From: Auanema rhodensis
Taxonomy: Eukaryota > Animalia > Nematoda
Reading direction: 5' to 3'
DNA length: 64,000 bases
Assembly (NCBI GenBank): GCA_964057225.1
Contig: OZ059896.1
Location: 992,001-1,056,000 of the forward strand
The notes beneath the pieces were generated by a model. The model ran no database searches. It was not told the DNA's origin and saw only the letters and a program-made list of their open reading frames with translations. The position numbers and the translations under genes were made by a program. Position 1 is the stretch's first letter. The number at the start of each line of letters is the position of its first letter. Below, one piece after another: positions 25,621 through 39,657 of the stretch.

Positions 25621-28600
25621 ATCAACTGATATAAGTTCACACCTATATCCTCGATTTTCACCCTGAAGAATTAATTTTTTCGTTGAATAACATTGTCCAT
25701 CGTTTTTGCCTTGAAAAAAGGAATCTAAAAACATCTACTTTTCGCTAAATTATTTTGAAATTTTTTGAAAAAATTTTTGTCAAAATGTTTTTGGAAGCAA
25801 TGTTGAGTGTACATGGAAACTCAACATACACTAATGCATCATTTTTCAAACGATCATAACTAATTTTTGTATTAAGCGTTTCTCAATGTAGTATAGTGCA
25901 TTCGATGCGGATTTTTAAGCTGCGTCGATCTGTGTTATCAAATTTCCGCTAGCTTAAAAATGCACCGAGATATCAACTGATATAAGTTCACACTTATATC
26001 CTCGATTTTCACCCTGAAGAATTAATTTTTTCGTTGAATAACATTGTCCATCGTTTTTGCCTCGAAAAAAGGAATCTAAAAACATCTACTTTTCGCTAAA
26101 TTCTTTTGAAATTTTTCGAAAAAATTTTTGTCAAAATGTTTTTGGAAGCAATTTGGAGTGTACATGGAAACTCAACATACACTAATGCATCATTTTTCAA
26201 ACAATCATAACTAATTTTTGTATTAAGCGTTTCTCAATGTAGTATAGTGCATTCGATGCGGATTTTTAAGCTGCGTCGATCTGTACTATCAGATTTGCGC
26301 TGGCTTGAAAATGCACCGAGATATCAACTGATATAAGTTCACACCTATATCCTCGATTTTCACCCTGAAGAATTAATTTTTTCGTTGAATAACATTGTCC
26401 ATCGTTTTTGCCTCGAAAAAAGGAATCTAAAAACATCTACTTCTCGCTAAATTATTTTGAAATTTTCGAAAAAATTTTTGTCAAAATGTTTTTGGAAGCA
26501 ATGTTGAGTGTACATGGAAACTCAACATACACTAATGCATCATTTTTCAAACGATCATAACTAATTTTTGTATTAAGCGTTTCTCAATGTAGTATAGTGC
26601 ATTCGATGCGGATTTTTAAGCTGCGTCGATCTGTACTATCAGATTTGCGCTAGCTTGAAAATGCACCGAGATATCAACTGATATAAGTTCACACCTATAT
26701 CCTCGATTTTCACCCTGAAGAATTAATTTTTTCGTTGAATAACATTGTCCATCGTTTTTGCCTTGAAAAAAGGAATCTAAAAACATCTACTTTCCGCTAA
26801 ATTATTTTGAAATTTTTTGAAAAAATTTTTGTCAAAATGTTTTTGGAAGCAATTTTGAGTGTACATGGAAACTCAACATACACTAATGCATCATTTTTCA
26901 AACGATCATAACTAATTTTTGTATTAAGCGTTTCTCAATGTAGTATAGTGCATTCGATGCGGATTTTTAAGCTGCGTCGATCTGTACTATCAGATTTGCG
27001 CTAGCTTGAAAATGCACCGAGATATCAACTGATATAAGTTCACACCTATATCCTCGATTTTCACCCTGAAGAATTAATTTTTTCGTTGAATAACATTGTC
27101 CATCGTTTTTGCCTTGAAAAAAGGAATCTAAAAACATCTACTTTTCGCTAAATTATTTTGAAATTTTTTGAAAAAATTTTTGTCAAAATGTTTTTGGAAG
27201 CAATGTTGAGTGTACATGGAAACTCAACATACACTAATGCATCATTTTTCAAAAGATCATAACTAATTTTTGTATTAAGCGTTTCTCAATGTAGTATAGT
27301 GCATTCGATGCGGATTATTAAGCTGCGTCGATCTGTGTTATCAAATTTCCGCTAGCTTAAAAATGCACCGAGATATCAACTGATATAAGTTCACACTTAT
27401 ATCCTCGATTTTCACCCTGAAGAATTAATTTTTTCGTTGAATAACATTGTCCATCGTTTTTGCCTCGAAAAAAGGAATCTAAAAACATCTACTTTTCGCT
27501 AAATTCTTTTGAAATTTTTCGAAAAAATTTTTGTCAAAATGTTTTTGGAAGCAATTTGGAGTGTACATGGAAACTCAACATACACTAATGCATCATTTTT
27601 CAAACAATCATAACTAATTTTTGTATTAAGCGTTTCTCAATGTAGTATAGTGCATTCGATGCGGATTTTTAAGCTGCGTCGATCTGTACTATCAGATTTG
27701 CGCTGGCTTGAAAATGCACCGAGATATCAACTGATATAAGTTCACACCTATATCCTCGATTTTCACCCTGAAGAATTAATTTTTTCGTTGAATAACATTG
27801 TCCATCGTTTTTGCCTTGAAAAAAGGAATCTAAAAACATCTACTTTTTGCTAAATTATTTTGAAATTTTTCGAAAAAATTTTTGTCAAAATGTTTTTGGA
27901 AGCAATTTTGAGTGTACATGGAAACTCAACATACACTAATGCATCATTTTTCAAAAGATTATAACTAATTTTTGTATTAAGCGTTTCTCAATGTAGTATA
28001 GTGCATTCGATGCGGATTATTAAGCTGCGTCGATCTGTACTATCAGATTTGCGCTAGCTTAAAAATGCACCGAGATATCAACTGATATAAGTTCACACTT
28101 ATATCCTCGATTTTCACCCTGAAGAATTAATTTTTTCGTTGAATAACATTGTCCATCGTTTTTGCCTTGAAAAAAGGAATCTAAAAACATCTACTTTTTG
28201 CTAAATTATTTTGAAATTTTTCGAAAAAATTTTTGTCAAAATGTTTTTGGAAGCAATTTTGAGTGTACATGGAAACTCAACATACACTAATGCATCATTT
28301 TTCAAACGATCATAACTTATTTTTGTATTAAGCGTTTCTCAATGTAGTATAGTGCATTCGATGCGGATTTTTAAGCTGCGTCGATCTGTACTATCAGATT
28401 TGCGCTAGCTCGAAAATGCACCGAGATATCAACTGATATAAGTTCACACTTATATCCTCGATTTTCACCCTGAAGAATTGATTTTTTCGTTGAATAACAT
28501 TGTCCATCGTTTTTGCCTTGAAAAAAGGAATCTAAAAACATCTACTTTTTGCTAAATTATCTTGAAATTTTTCGAAAAAATTTTTGTCAAAATGTTTTTG

Positions 28601-29129
28601 GAAGCAATTTTGAGTGTACATGGAAACTCAACATACACTAATGCATCATTTTTCAAAAGATCATAACTAATTTTTGTATTAAGCGTTTCTCAATGTAGTA
28701 TAGTGCATTCGATGCGGATTATTAAGCTGCGTCGATCTGTACTATCAGATTTGCGCTAGCTTAAAAATGCACCGAGATATCAACTGATATAAGTTCACAC
28801 CTATATCCTCGATTTTCACCCTGAAGAATTAATTTTTTCGTTGAATAACATTGTCCATCATTTTTGCCTTGAAAAAAGGAATCTAAAAACATCTACTTTT
28901 CGCTAAATTATTTTGAAATTTTTTGAAAAAATTTTTGTCAAAATGTTTTTGGAAGCAATTTTGAGTGTACATGGAAACTCAACATACACTAATGCATCAT
29001 TTTTCAAACGATCATAACTTATTTTTGTATTAAGCGTTTCTCAATGTAGTATAGTGCATTCGATGCGGATTATTAAGCTGCGTCGATCTGTACTATCAGA
29101 TTTGCGCTAGCTTAAAAATGCACCGAGAT

Positions 29130-32100
29130 ATCAACTGATATAAGTTCACACATATATCCTCGATTTTCACCCTGAAGAATTAATTTTTTCGTTGAATAAC
29201 ATTGTCCATCGTTTTTGCCTTGAAAAAAGGAATCTAAAAACATCTACTTTTCGCTAAATTATTTTGAAATTTTTTGAAAAAATTTTTGTCAAAATGTTTT
29301 TGGAAGCAATTTTGAGTGTACATGGAAACTCAACATACACTAATGCATCATTTTTCAAACGATCATAACTAATTTTTGTATTAAGCGTTTCTCAATGTAG
29401 TATAGTGCATTCGATGCGGATTATTAAGCTGCGTCGATCTGTACTATCAGATTTGCGCTAGCTTAAAAATGCACCGAGATATCAACTGATATAAGTTCAC
29501 ACATATATCCTCGATTTTCACCCTGAAGAATTAATTTTTTCGTTGAATAACATTGTCCATCGTTTTTGCCTTGAAAAAAGGAATCTAAAAACATCTACTT
29601 TTCGCTAAATTATTTTGAAATTTTTTGAAAAAATTTTTGTCAAAATGTTTTTGGAAGCAATTTTGAGTGTACATGGAAACTCAACATACACTAATGCATC
29701 ATTTTTCAAACGATCATAACTAATTTTTGTATTAAGCGTTTCTCAATGTAGTATAGTGCATTCGATGCGGATTTTTAAGCTGCGTCGATCTGTACTATCA
29801 GATTTGCGCTAGCTTGAAAATGCACCGAGATATCAACTGATATAAGTTCACACTTATATCCTCGATTTTCACCCTGAAGAATTAATTTTTTCGTTGAATA
29901 ACATTGTCCATCGTTTTTGCCTCGAAAAAAGGAATCTAAAAACATTTACTTTTCGCTAAATTATTTTGAAATTTTTCGAAAAAATTTTTGTCAAAATGTT
30001 TTTGGAAGCAATGTTGAGTGTACATGGAAACTCAACATACACTAATGCATCATTTTTCAAACGATCATAACTAATTTTTGTATTAAGCTTTTCTTAATGT
30101 AGTATAGTGCATTCGATGCGGATTTTTAGGCTGCGTCGATCTGTGTTATCAAATTTCCGCTAGCTTAAAAATGCACCGAGATATCAACTGATATAAGTTC
30201 ACACATATATCCTCGATTTTCACCCTGAAGAATTAATTTTTTCGTTGAATAACATTGTCCATCGTTTTTGCCTTGAAAAAAGGAATCTAAAAACATCTAC
30301 TTTTCGCTAAATTATTTTGAAATTTTTTGAAAAAATTTTTGTCAAAATGTTTTTGGAAGCAATGTTGAGTGTACATGGAAACTCAACATACACTAATGCA
30401 TCATTTTTCAAACGATCATAACTAATTTTTGTATTAAGCTTTTCTTAATGTAGTATAGTGCATTCGATGCGGATTTTTAAGCTGCGTCGATCTGTGTTAT
30501 CAAATTTCCGCTAGCTTAAAAATGCACCGAGATATCAACTGATATAAGTTCACACTTATATCCTCGATTTTCACCCTGAAGAATTAATTTTTTCGTTGAA
30601 TAACATTGTCCATCGTTTTTGCCTCAAAAAAAGGAATCTAAAAACATCTACTTTTCGCTAAATTATTTTGAAATTTTTCGAAAAAATTTTTGTCAAAATG
30701 TTTTTGGAAGCAATTTTGAGTGTACATGGAAACTCAACATACACTAATGCATCATTTTTCAAACGATCATAACTAATTTTTGTATTAAGCGTTTCTCAAT
30801 GTAGTATAGTGCATTCGATGCGGATTATTAAGCTGCGTCGATCTGTACTATCAGATTTGCGCTAGCTTAAAAATGCACCGAGATATCAACTGATATAAGT
30901 TCACACTTATATCCTCGATTTTCACCCTGAAGAATTAATTTTTTCGTTGAATAACATTGTCCATCGTTTTTGCCTCAAAAAAAGGAATCTAAAAACATCT
31001 ACTTTTCGCTAAATTATTTTGAAATTTTTCGAAAAAATTTTTGTCAAAATGTTTTTGGAAGCAATTTTGAGTGTACATGGAAACTCAACATACACTAATG
31101 CATCATTTTTCAAACGATCATAACTAATTTTTGTATTAAGCGTTTCTCAATGTAGTATAGTGCATTCGATGCGGATTATTAAGCTGCGTCGATCTGTACT
31201 ATCAGATTTGCGCTAGCTTAAAAATGCACCGAGATATCAACTGATATAAGTTCACACATATATCCTCGATTTTCACCCTGAAGAATTAATTTTTTCGTTG
31301 AATAACATTGTCCATCGTTTTTGCCTTGAAAAAAGGAATCTAAAAACATCTACTTTTCGCTAAATTATTTTGAAATTTTTTGAAAAAATTTTTGTCAAAA
31401 TGTTTTTGGAAGCAATTTTGAGTGTACATGGAAACTCAACATACACTAATGCATCATTTTTCAAACGATCATAACTAATTTTTGTATTAAGCGTTTCTCA
31501 ATGTAGTATAGTGCATTCGATGCGGATTATTAAGCTGCGTCGATCTGTACTATCAGATTTGCGCTAGCTTAAAAATGCACCGAGATATCAACTGATATAA
31601 GTTCACACATATATCCTCGATTTTCACCCTGAAGAATTAATTTTTTCGTTGAATAACATTGTCCATCGTTTTTGCCTTGAAAAAAGGAATCTAAAAACAT
31701 CTACTTTTCGCTAAATTATTTTGAAATTTTTTGAAAAAATTTTTGTCAAAATGTTTTTGGAAGCAATTTTGAGTGTACATGGAAACTCAACATACACTAA
31801 TGCATCATTTTTCAAACGATCATAACTAATTTTTGTATTAAGCGTTTCTCAATGTAGTATAGTGCATTCGATGCGGATTTTTAAGCTGCGTCGATCTGTA
31901 CTATCAGATTTGCGCTAGCTTGAAAATGCACCGAGATATCAACTGATATAAGTTCACACTTATATCCTCGATTTTCACCCTGAAGAATTAATTTTTTCGT
32001 TGAATAACATTGTCCATCGTTTTTGCCTCGAAAAAAGGAATCTAAAAACATTTACTTTTCGCTAAATTATTTTGAAATTTTTCGAAAAAATTTTTGTCAA

Positions 32101-33240
32101 AATGTTTTTGGAAGCAATGTTGAGTGTACATGGAAACTCAACATACACTAATGCATCATTTTTCAAACGATCATAACTAATTTTTGTATTAAGCTTTTCT
32201 TAATGTAGTATAGTGCATTCGATGCGGATTTTTAAGCTGCGTCGATCTGTGTTATCAAATTTCCGCTAGCTTAAAAATGCACCGAGATATCAACTGATAT
32301 AAGTTCACACATATATCCTCGATTTTCACCCTGAAGAATTAATTTTTTCGTTGAATAACATTGTCCATCGTTTTTGCCTTGAAAAAAGGAATCTAAAAAC
32401 ATCTACTTTTCGCTAAATTATTTTGAAATTTTTTGAAAAAATTTTTGTCAAAATGTTTTTGGAAGCAATGTTGAGTGTACATGGAAACTCAACATACACT
32501 AATGCATCATTTTTCAAACGATCATAACTAATTTTTGTATTAAGCTTTTCTTAATGTAGTATAGTGCATTCGATGCGGATTTTTAAGCTGCGTCGATCTG
32601 TGTTATCAAATTTCCGCTAGCTTAAAAATGCACCGAGATATCAACTGATATAAGTTCACACTTATACCCTCGATTTTCACCCTGAAGAATTAATTTTTTC
32701 GTTGAATAACATTGTCCATCGTTTTTGCCTCAAAAAAAGGAATCTAAAAACATCTACTTTTCGCTAAATTATTTTGAAATTTTTCGAAAAAATTTTTGTC
32801 AAAATGTTTTTGGAAGCAATTTTGAGTGTACATGGAAACTCAACATACACTAATGCATCATTTTTCAAACGATCATAACTAATTTTTGTATTAAGCGTTT
32901 CTCAATGTAGTATAGTGCATTCGATGCGGATTATTAAGCTGCGTCGATCTGTACTATCAGATTTGCGCTAGCTTAAAAATGCACCGAGATATCAACTGAT
33001 ATAAGTTCACACTTATATTCTCGATTTTCACCCTGAAGAATTAATTTTTTCGTTGAATAACATTGTCCATCGTTTTTGCCTCAAAAAAAGGAATCTAAAA
33101 ACATCTACTTTTCGCTAAATTATTTTGAAATTTTTCGAAAAAATTTTTGTCAAAATGTTTTTGGAAGCAATTTTGAGTGTACATGGAAACTCAACATACA
33201 CTAATGCATCATTTTTCAAACGATCATAACTAATTTTTGT
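29130..33240. repeat. Higher-order duplication with 2106-bp period (6 monomers)
   Basis: The ACACATAT variant occurs in monomers 1, 2 and 4 of the unit (about 29152, 29503, 30205) and again at +2106 (about 31258, 31609, 32311). Confidence 0.88.
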
Positions 33241-36200
33241 ATTAAGCTTTTCTTAATGTAGTATAGTGCATTCGATGCGGATTTTTAAGCTGCGTCGATC
33301 TGTGTTATCAAATTTCCGCTAGCTTAAAAATGCACCGAGATATCAACTGATATAAGTTCACACTTATATCCTCGATTTTCACCCTGAAGAATTAATTTTT
33401 TCGTTGAATAACATTGTCCATCGTTTTTGCCTCGAAAAAAGGAATCTAAAAACATCTACTTTTCGCTAAATTATTTTGAAATTTTTCGAAAAAATTTTTG
33501 TCAAAATGTTTTTGGAAGCAATGTTGAGTGTACATGGAAACTCAACATACACTAATGCATCATTTTTCAAACGATCATAACTAATTTTTGTATTAAGCTT
33601 TTCTTAATGTAGTATAGTGCATTCGATGCGGATTTTTAAGCTGCGTCGATCTGTGTTATCAAATTTCCGCTAGCTTAAAAATGCACCGAGATATCAACTG
33701 ATATAAGTTCACACTTATATCCTCGATTTTCACCCTGAAGAATTAATTTTTTCGTTGAATAACATTGTCCATCGTTTTTGCCTCGAAAAAAGGAATCTAA
33801 AAACATCTACTTTTCGCTAAATTATTTTGAAATTTTTCGAAAAAATTTTTGTCAAAATGTTTTTGGAAGCAATTTTGAGTGTACATGGAAACTCAACATA
33901 CACTAATGCATCATTTTTCAAACGATCATAACTAATTTTTGTATTAAGCGTTTCTCAATGTAGTATAGTGCATTCGATGCGGATTTTTAAGCTGCGTCGA
34001 TCTGTGTTATCAAATTTCCGCTAGCTTAAAAATGCACCGAGATATCAACTGATATAAGTTCACACTTATATCCTCGATTTTCACCCTGAAGAATTAATTT
34101 TTTCGTTGAATAACATTGTCCATCGTTTTTGCCTCGAAAAAAGGAATCTAAAAACATCTACTTTTCGCTAAATTCTTTTGAAATTTTTCGAAAAAATTTT
34201 TGTCAAAATGTTTTTGGAAGCAATTTGGAGTGTACATGGAAACTCAACATACACTAATGCATCATTTTTCAAACAATCATAACTAATTTTTGTATTAAGC
34301 GTTTCTCAATGTAGTATAGTGCATTCGATGCGGATTTTTAAGCTGCGTCGATCTGTGTTATCAGATTTGCGCTAGCTGAAAAATGCACCGAGATATCAAC
34401 TGATATAAGTTCACACCTATATCCTCGATTTTCACCCTGAAGAATTAATTTTTTCGTTGAATAACATTGTCCATCGTTTTTGCCTTGAAAAAAGGAATCT
34501 AAAAACATCTACTTTTCGCTAAATTATTTTGAAATTTTTTGAAAAAATTTTTGTCAAAATGTTTTTGGAAGCAATTTTGAGTGTACATGGAAACTCAACA
34601 TACACTATTGCATCATTTTTCAAACGATCATAACTAATTTTTGTATTAAGCTTTTCTTAATGTAGTATAGTGCATTCGATGCGGATTTTTAAGCTGCGTC
34701 GATCTGTACTATCAGATTTGCGCTAGCTTGAAAATGCACCGAGATATCAACTGATATCAATTCACACTTATATCCTCGATTTTCACCCTGAAGAATTAAT
34801 TTTTTCGTTGAATAACATTGTCCATCGTTTTTTCCTTGAAAAAAGGAATCTAAAAACATTTACTTTTCGCTAAATTATTTTGAAATTTTTCGAAAAAATT
34901 TTTGTCAAAATGTTTTTGGAAGCAATGTTGAGTGTACATGGAAACTCAACATACACTAATGCATCATTTTTCAAACGATCATAAAAATTTTTGTATTAAG
35001 CTTTTCTTAATGTAGTATAGTGCATTCGATGCGGATTTTTAAGCTGCGTCGATCTGTGTTATCAAATTTCCGCTAGCTTAAAAATGCACCGAGATATCAA
35101 CTGATATAAGTTCACACTTATATCCTCGATTTTCACCCTGAAGAATTAATTTTTTCGTTGAATAACATTGTCCATCGTTTTTGCCTCGAAAAAAGGAATC
35201 TAAAAACATCTACTTTTCGCTAAATTATTTTGAAATTTTTCGAAAAAATTTTTGTCAAAATGTTTTTGGAAGCAATTTTGAGTGTACATGGAAACTCAAC
35301 ATACACTAATGCATCATTTTTCAAACGATCATAACTAATTTTTGTATTAAGCTTTTCTTAATGTAGTATAGTGCATTCGATGCGGATTTTTAAGCTGCGT
35401 CGATCTGTACTATCAGATTTGCGCTAGCTTGAAAATGCACCGAGATATCAACTGATATAAGTTCACACTTATATCCTCGATTTTCACCCTGAAGAATTAA
35501 TTTTTTCGTTGAATAACATTGTCCATCGTTTTTGCCTTGAAAAAAGAAATCTAAAAACATCTACTTTTTGCTAAATTATTTTGAAATTTTTCGAAAAAAT
35601 TTTTGTCAAAATGTTTTTGGAAGCAATTTTGAGTGTACATGGAAACTCAACATACACTAATGCATCATTTTTCAAACGATCATAACTAATTTTTGTATTA
35701 AGCGTTTCTCAATGTAGTATAATGCATTCGATGCGGATTTTTAAGCTGCGTCGATCTGTACTATCAGATTTGCGCTAGCTTGAAAATGCACCGAGATATC
35801 AACTGATATAAGTTCACACTTATATCCTCGATTTTCACCCTGAAGAATTAATTTTTTCGTTGAATAACATTGTCCATCGTTTTTGCCTTGAAAGAAGGAA
35901 TCTAAAAACATCTACTTTTCGCTAAATTATTTTAAAATTTTTCGAAAAAATTTTTGTCAAAATGTTTTTGGAAGCAATTTTGAGTGTACATGGAAACTCA
36001 ACATACACTAATGCATCATTTTTCAAACGATCATAACTAATTTTTGTATTAAGCGTTTCTCAATGTAGTATAGTGCATTCGATGCGGATTTTTAAGCTGC
36101 GTCGATCTGTATTATCAGATTTGCGCTAGCTTGAAAATGCACCGAGATATCAACTGATATAAGTTCACACTTATATCCTCGATTTTCACCCTGAAGAATT

Positions 36201-37902
36201 AATTTTTTCGTTGAATAACATTGTCCATCGTTTTTGCCTTGAAAAAAGGAATCTAAAAACATCTACTTTTCGCTAAATTATTTTGAAATTTTTTGAAAAA
36301 ATTTTTGTCAAAATGTTTTTGGAAGCAATTTTGAGTGTACATGGAAACTCAACATACACTAATGCATCATTTTTCAAACGATCATAACTAATTTTTGTAT
36401 TAAGCGTTTTTCAATGTAGTATAGTGCATTCGATGCGGATTTTTAAGCTGCGTCGATCAGTACTATCAGATTTGCGCTAGCTTAAAAATGCACCGAGATA
36501 TCAACTGATATAAGTTCACACTTATATCCTCGATTTTCACCCTGAAGAATTAATTTTTTCGTTGAATAACATTGTCCATCGTTTTTGCCTTGAAAAAAGG
36601 AATCTAAAAACATCTACTTTTTGCTAAATTATTTTGAAATTTTTCGAAAAAATTTTTGTCAAAATGTTTTTGGAAGCAATTTTGAGTGTACATGGAAACT
36701 CAACATACACTAATGCATCATTTTTCAAACGATCATAACTTATTTTTGTATTAAGCGTTTCTCAATGTAGTATAGTGCATTCGATGCGGATTTTTAAGCT
36801 GCGTCGATCTGTATTATCAGATTTGCGCTAGCTTGAAAATGCACCGAGATATCAACTGATATAAGTTCACACTTATATCCTCGATTTTCACCCTGAAGAA
36901 TTATTTTTTCGTTGAATAACATTGTCCATCGTTTTTGCCTCGAAAAAAGGAATCTAAAAACATCTACTTTTTGCTAAATTATTTTGAAATTTTTCGAAAA
37001 AATTTTTGTCAAAATGTTTTTGGAAGCAATTTTGAGTGTACATGGAAACTCGACATACACTAATGCATCATTTTTCAAACGATCATAACTAATTTTGGTA
37101 TTAAGCGTTTCTCAATGTAATATAGTGCATTCGATGCGGATTTTTAAGCTGCGTCGATCTGTGTTATCAGATTTGCGCTAGCTGAAAAATGCACCGAGAT
37201 ATCAACTGATATAAGTTCACACCTATATCCTCGATTTTCACCCTGAAGAATTAATTTTTTCGTTGAATAACATTGTCCATTGTTTTTGCCTTGAAAAAGG
37301 GAATCTAAAAACATCTACTTTTCGCTAAATTATTTTGAAATTTTTTGAAAAAATTTTTGTCAAAATGTTTTTGGAAGCAATTTTGAGTGTACATGGAAAC
37401 TCAACATACACTATTGCATCATTTTTCAAACGATCATAACTAATTTTTGTATTAAGCTTTTCTTAATGTAGTATAGTGCATTCGATGCGGATTTTTAAGC
37501 TGCGTCGATCTGTACTATCAGATTTGCGCTAGCTTGAAAATGCACCGAGTTATCAACTGATATAAATTCACACTTATATCCTCGATTTTCACCCTGAAGA
37601 ATTAATTTTTTCGTTGAATAACATTGTCCATCGTTTTTGCCTTGAAAAAAGGAATCTAAAAACATTTACTTTTTGCTAAATTATTTTGAAATTTTTCGAA
37701 AAAATTTTTGTCAAAATGTTTTTGGAAGCAATTTTGAGTGTACATGGAAACTCAACATACACTAATGCATCATTTTTCAAACGATCATAACTAATTTTTG
37801 TATTAAGTTTTTCACAATGTAGTATAGTGCATTCGATGCGGATTTTTAAGCTGCGTCGATCTGTACTATCAGATTTGCGCTAGCTTGAAAATGCACCGAG
37901 AT

Positions 37903-39657
37903 ATCAACTGATATAAGTTCACACCTATATCCTCGATTTTCACCCTGAAGAATTAATTTTTTCGTTGAATAACATTGTCCATCGTTTTTGCCTTGAAAAA
38001 AGGAATCTAAAAACATCTACTTTCCGCTAAATTATTTTGAAATTTTTCGAAAAAATTTTTGTCAAAATGTTTTTGGAAGCAATTTTGAGTGTACATGGAA
38101 ACTCGACATACACTAATGCATCATTTTTCAAACGATCATAACTAATTTTGGTATTAAGCGTTTCTCAATGTAATATAGTGCATTCGATGCGGATTTTTAA
38201 GCTGCGTCGATCTGTACTATCAGATTTGCGCTAGCTTGAAAATGCACCGAGATATCAACTGATATAAGTTCACACCTATATCCTCGATTTTCACCCTGAA
38301 GAATTAATTTTTTCGTTGAATAACATTGTCCATCGTTTTTGCCTTGAAAAAAGGAATCTAAAAACATCTACTTTCCGCTAAATTATTTTGAAATTTTTCG
38401 AAAAAATTTTTGTCAAAATGTTTTTGGAAGCAATTTTGAGTGTACATGGAAACTCGACATACACTAATGCATCATTTTTCAAACGATCATAACTAATTTT
38501 GGTATTAAGCGTTTCTCAATGTAATATAGTGCATTCGATGCGGATTTTTAAGCTGCGTCGATCTGTACTATCAGATTTGCGCTAGCTTGAAAATGCACCG
38601 AGATATCAACTGATATAAGTTCACACCTATATCCTCGATTTTCACCCTGAAGAATTAATTTTTTCGTTGAATAACATTGTCCATCGTTTTTGCCTTGAAA
38701 AAAGGAATCTAAAAACATCTACTTTCCGCTAAATTATTTTGAAATTTTTCGAAAAAATTTTTGTCAAAATGTTTTTGGAAGCAATTTTGAGTGTACATGG
38801 AAACTCGACATACACTAATGCATCATTTTTCAAACGATCATAACTAATTTTGGTATTAAGCGTTTCTCAATGTAATATAGTGCATTCGATGCGGATTTTT
38901 AAGCTGCGTCGATCTGTACTATCAGATTTGCGCTAGCTTGAAAATGCACCGAGATATCAACTGATATAAGTTCACACCTATATCCTCGATTTTCACCCTG
39001 AAGAATTAATTTTTTCGTTGAATAACATTGTCCATCGTTTTTGCCTTGAAAAAAGGAATCTAAAAACATCTACTTTCCGCTAAATTATTTTGAAATTTTT
39101 CGAAAAAATTTTTGTCAAAATGTTTTTGGAAGCAATTTTGAGTGTACATGGAAACTCGACATACACTAATGCATCATTTTTCAAACGATCATAACTAATT
39201 TTGGTATTAAGCGTTTCTCAATGTAATATAGTGCATTCGATGCGGATTTTTAAGCTGCGTCGATCTGTACTATCAGATTTGCGCTAGCTTGAAAATGCAC
39301 CGAGATATCAACTGATATAAGTTCACACCTATATCCTCGATTTTCACCCTGAAGAATTAATTTTTTCGTTGAATAACATTGTCCATCGTTTTTGCCTTGA
39401 AAAAAGGAATCTAAAAACATCTACTTTCCGCTAAATTATTTTGAAATTTTTCGAAAAAATTTTTGTCAAAATGTTTTTGGAAGCAATTTTGAGTGTACAT
39501 GGAAACTCGACATACACTAATGCATCATTTTTCAAACGATCATAACTAATTTTGGTATTAAGCGTTTCTCAATGTAATATAGTGCATTCGATGCGGATTT
39601 TTAAGCTGCGTCGATCTGTACTATCAGATTTGCGCTAGCTTGAAAATGCACCGAGAT
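37903..39657. repeat. Run of five apparently identical monomers
   Basis: Monomers at 37903, 38254, 38605, 38956 and 39307 all carry ACACCT, TTTCCGC, CTCGAC, TTTTGGT and GTAATA. Confidence 0.9.
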
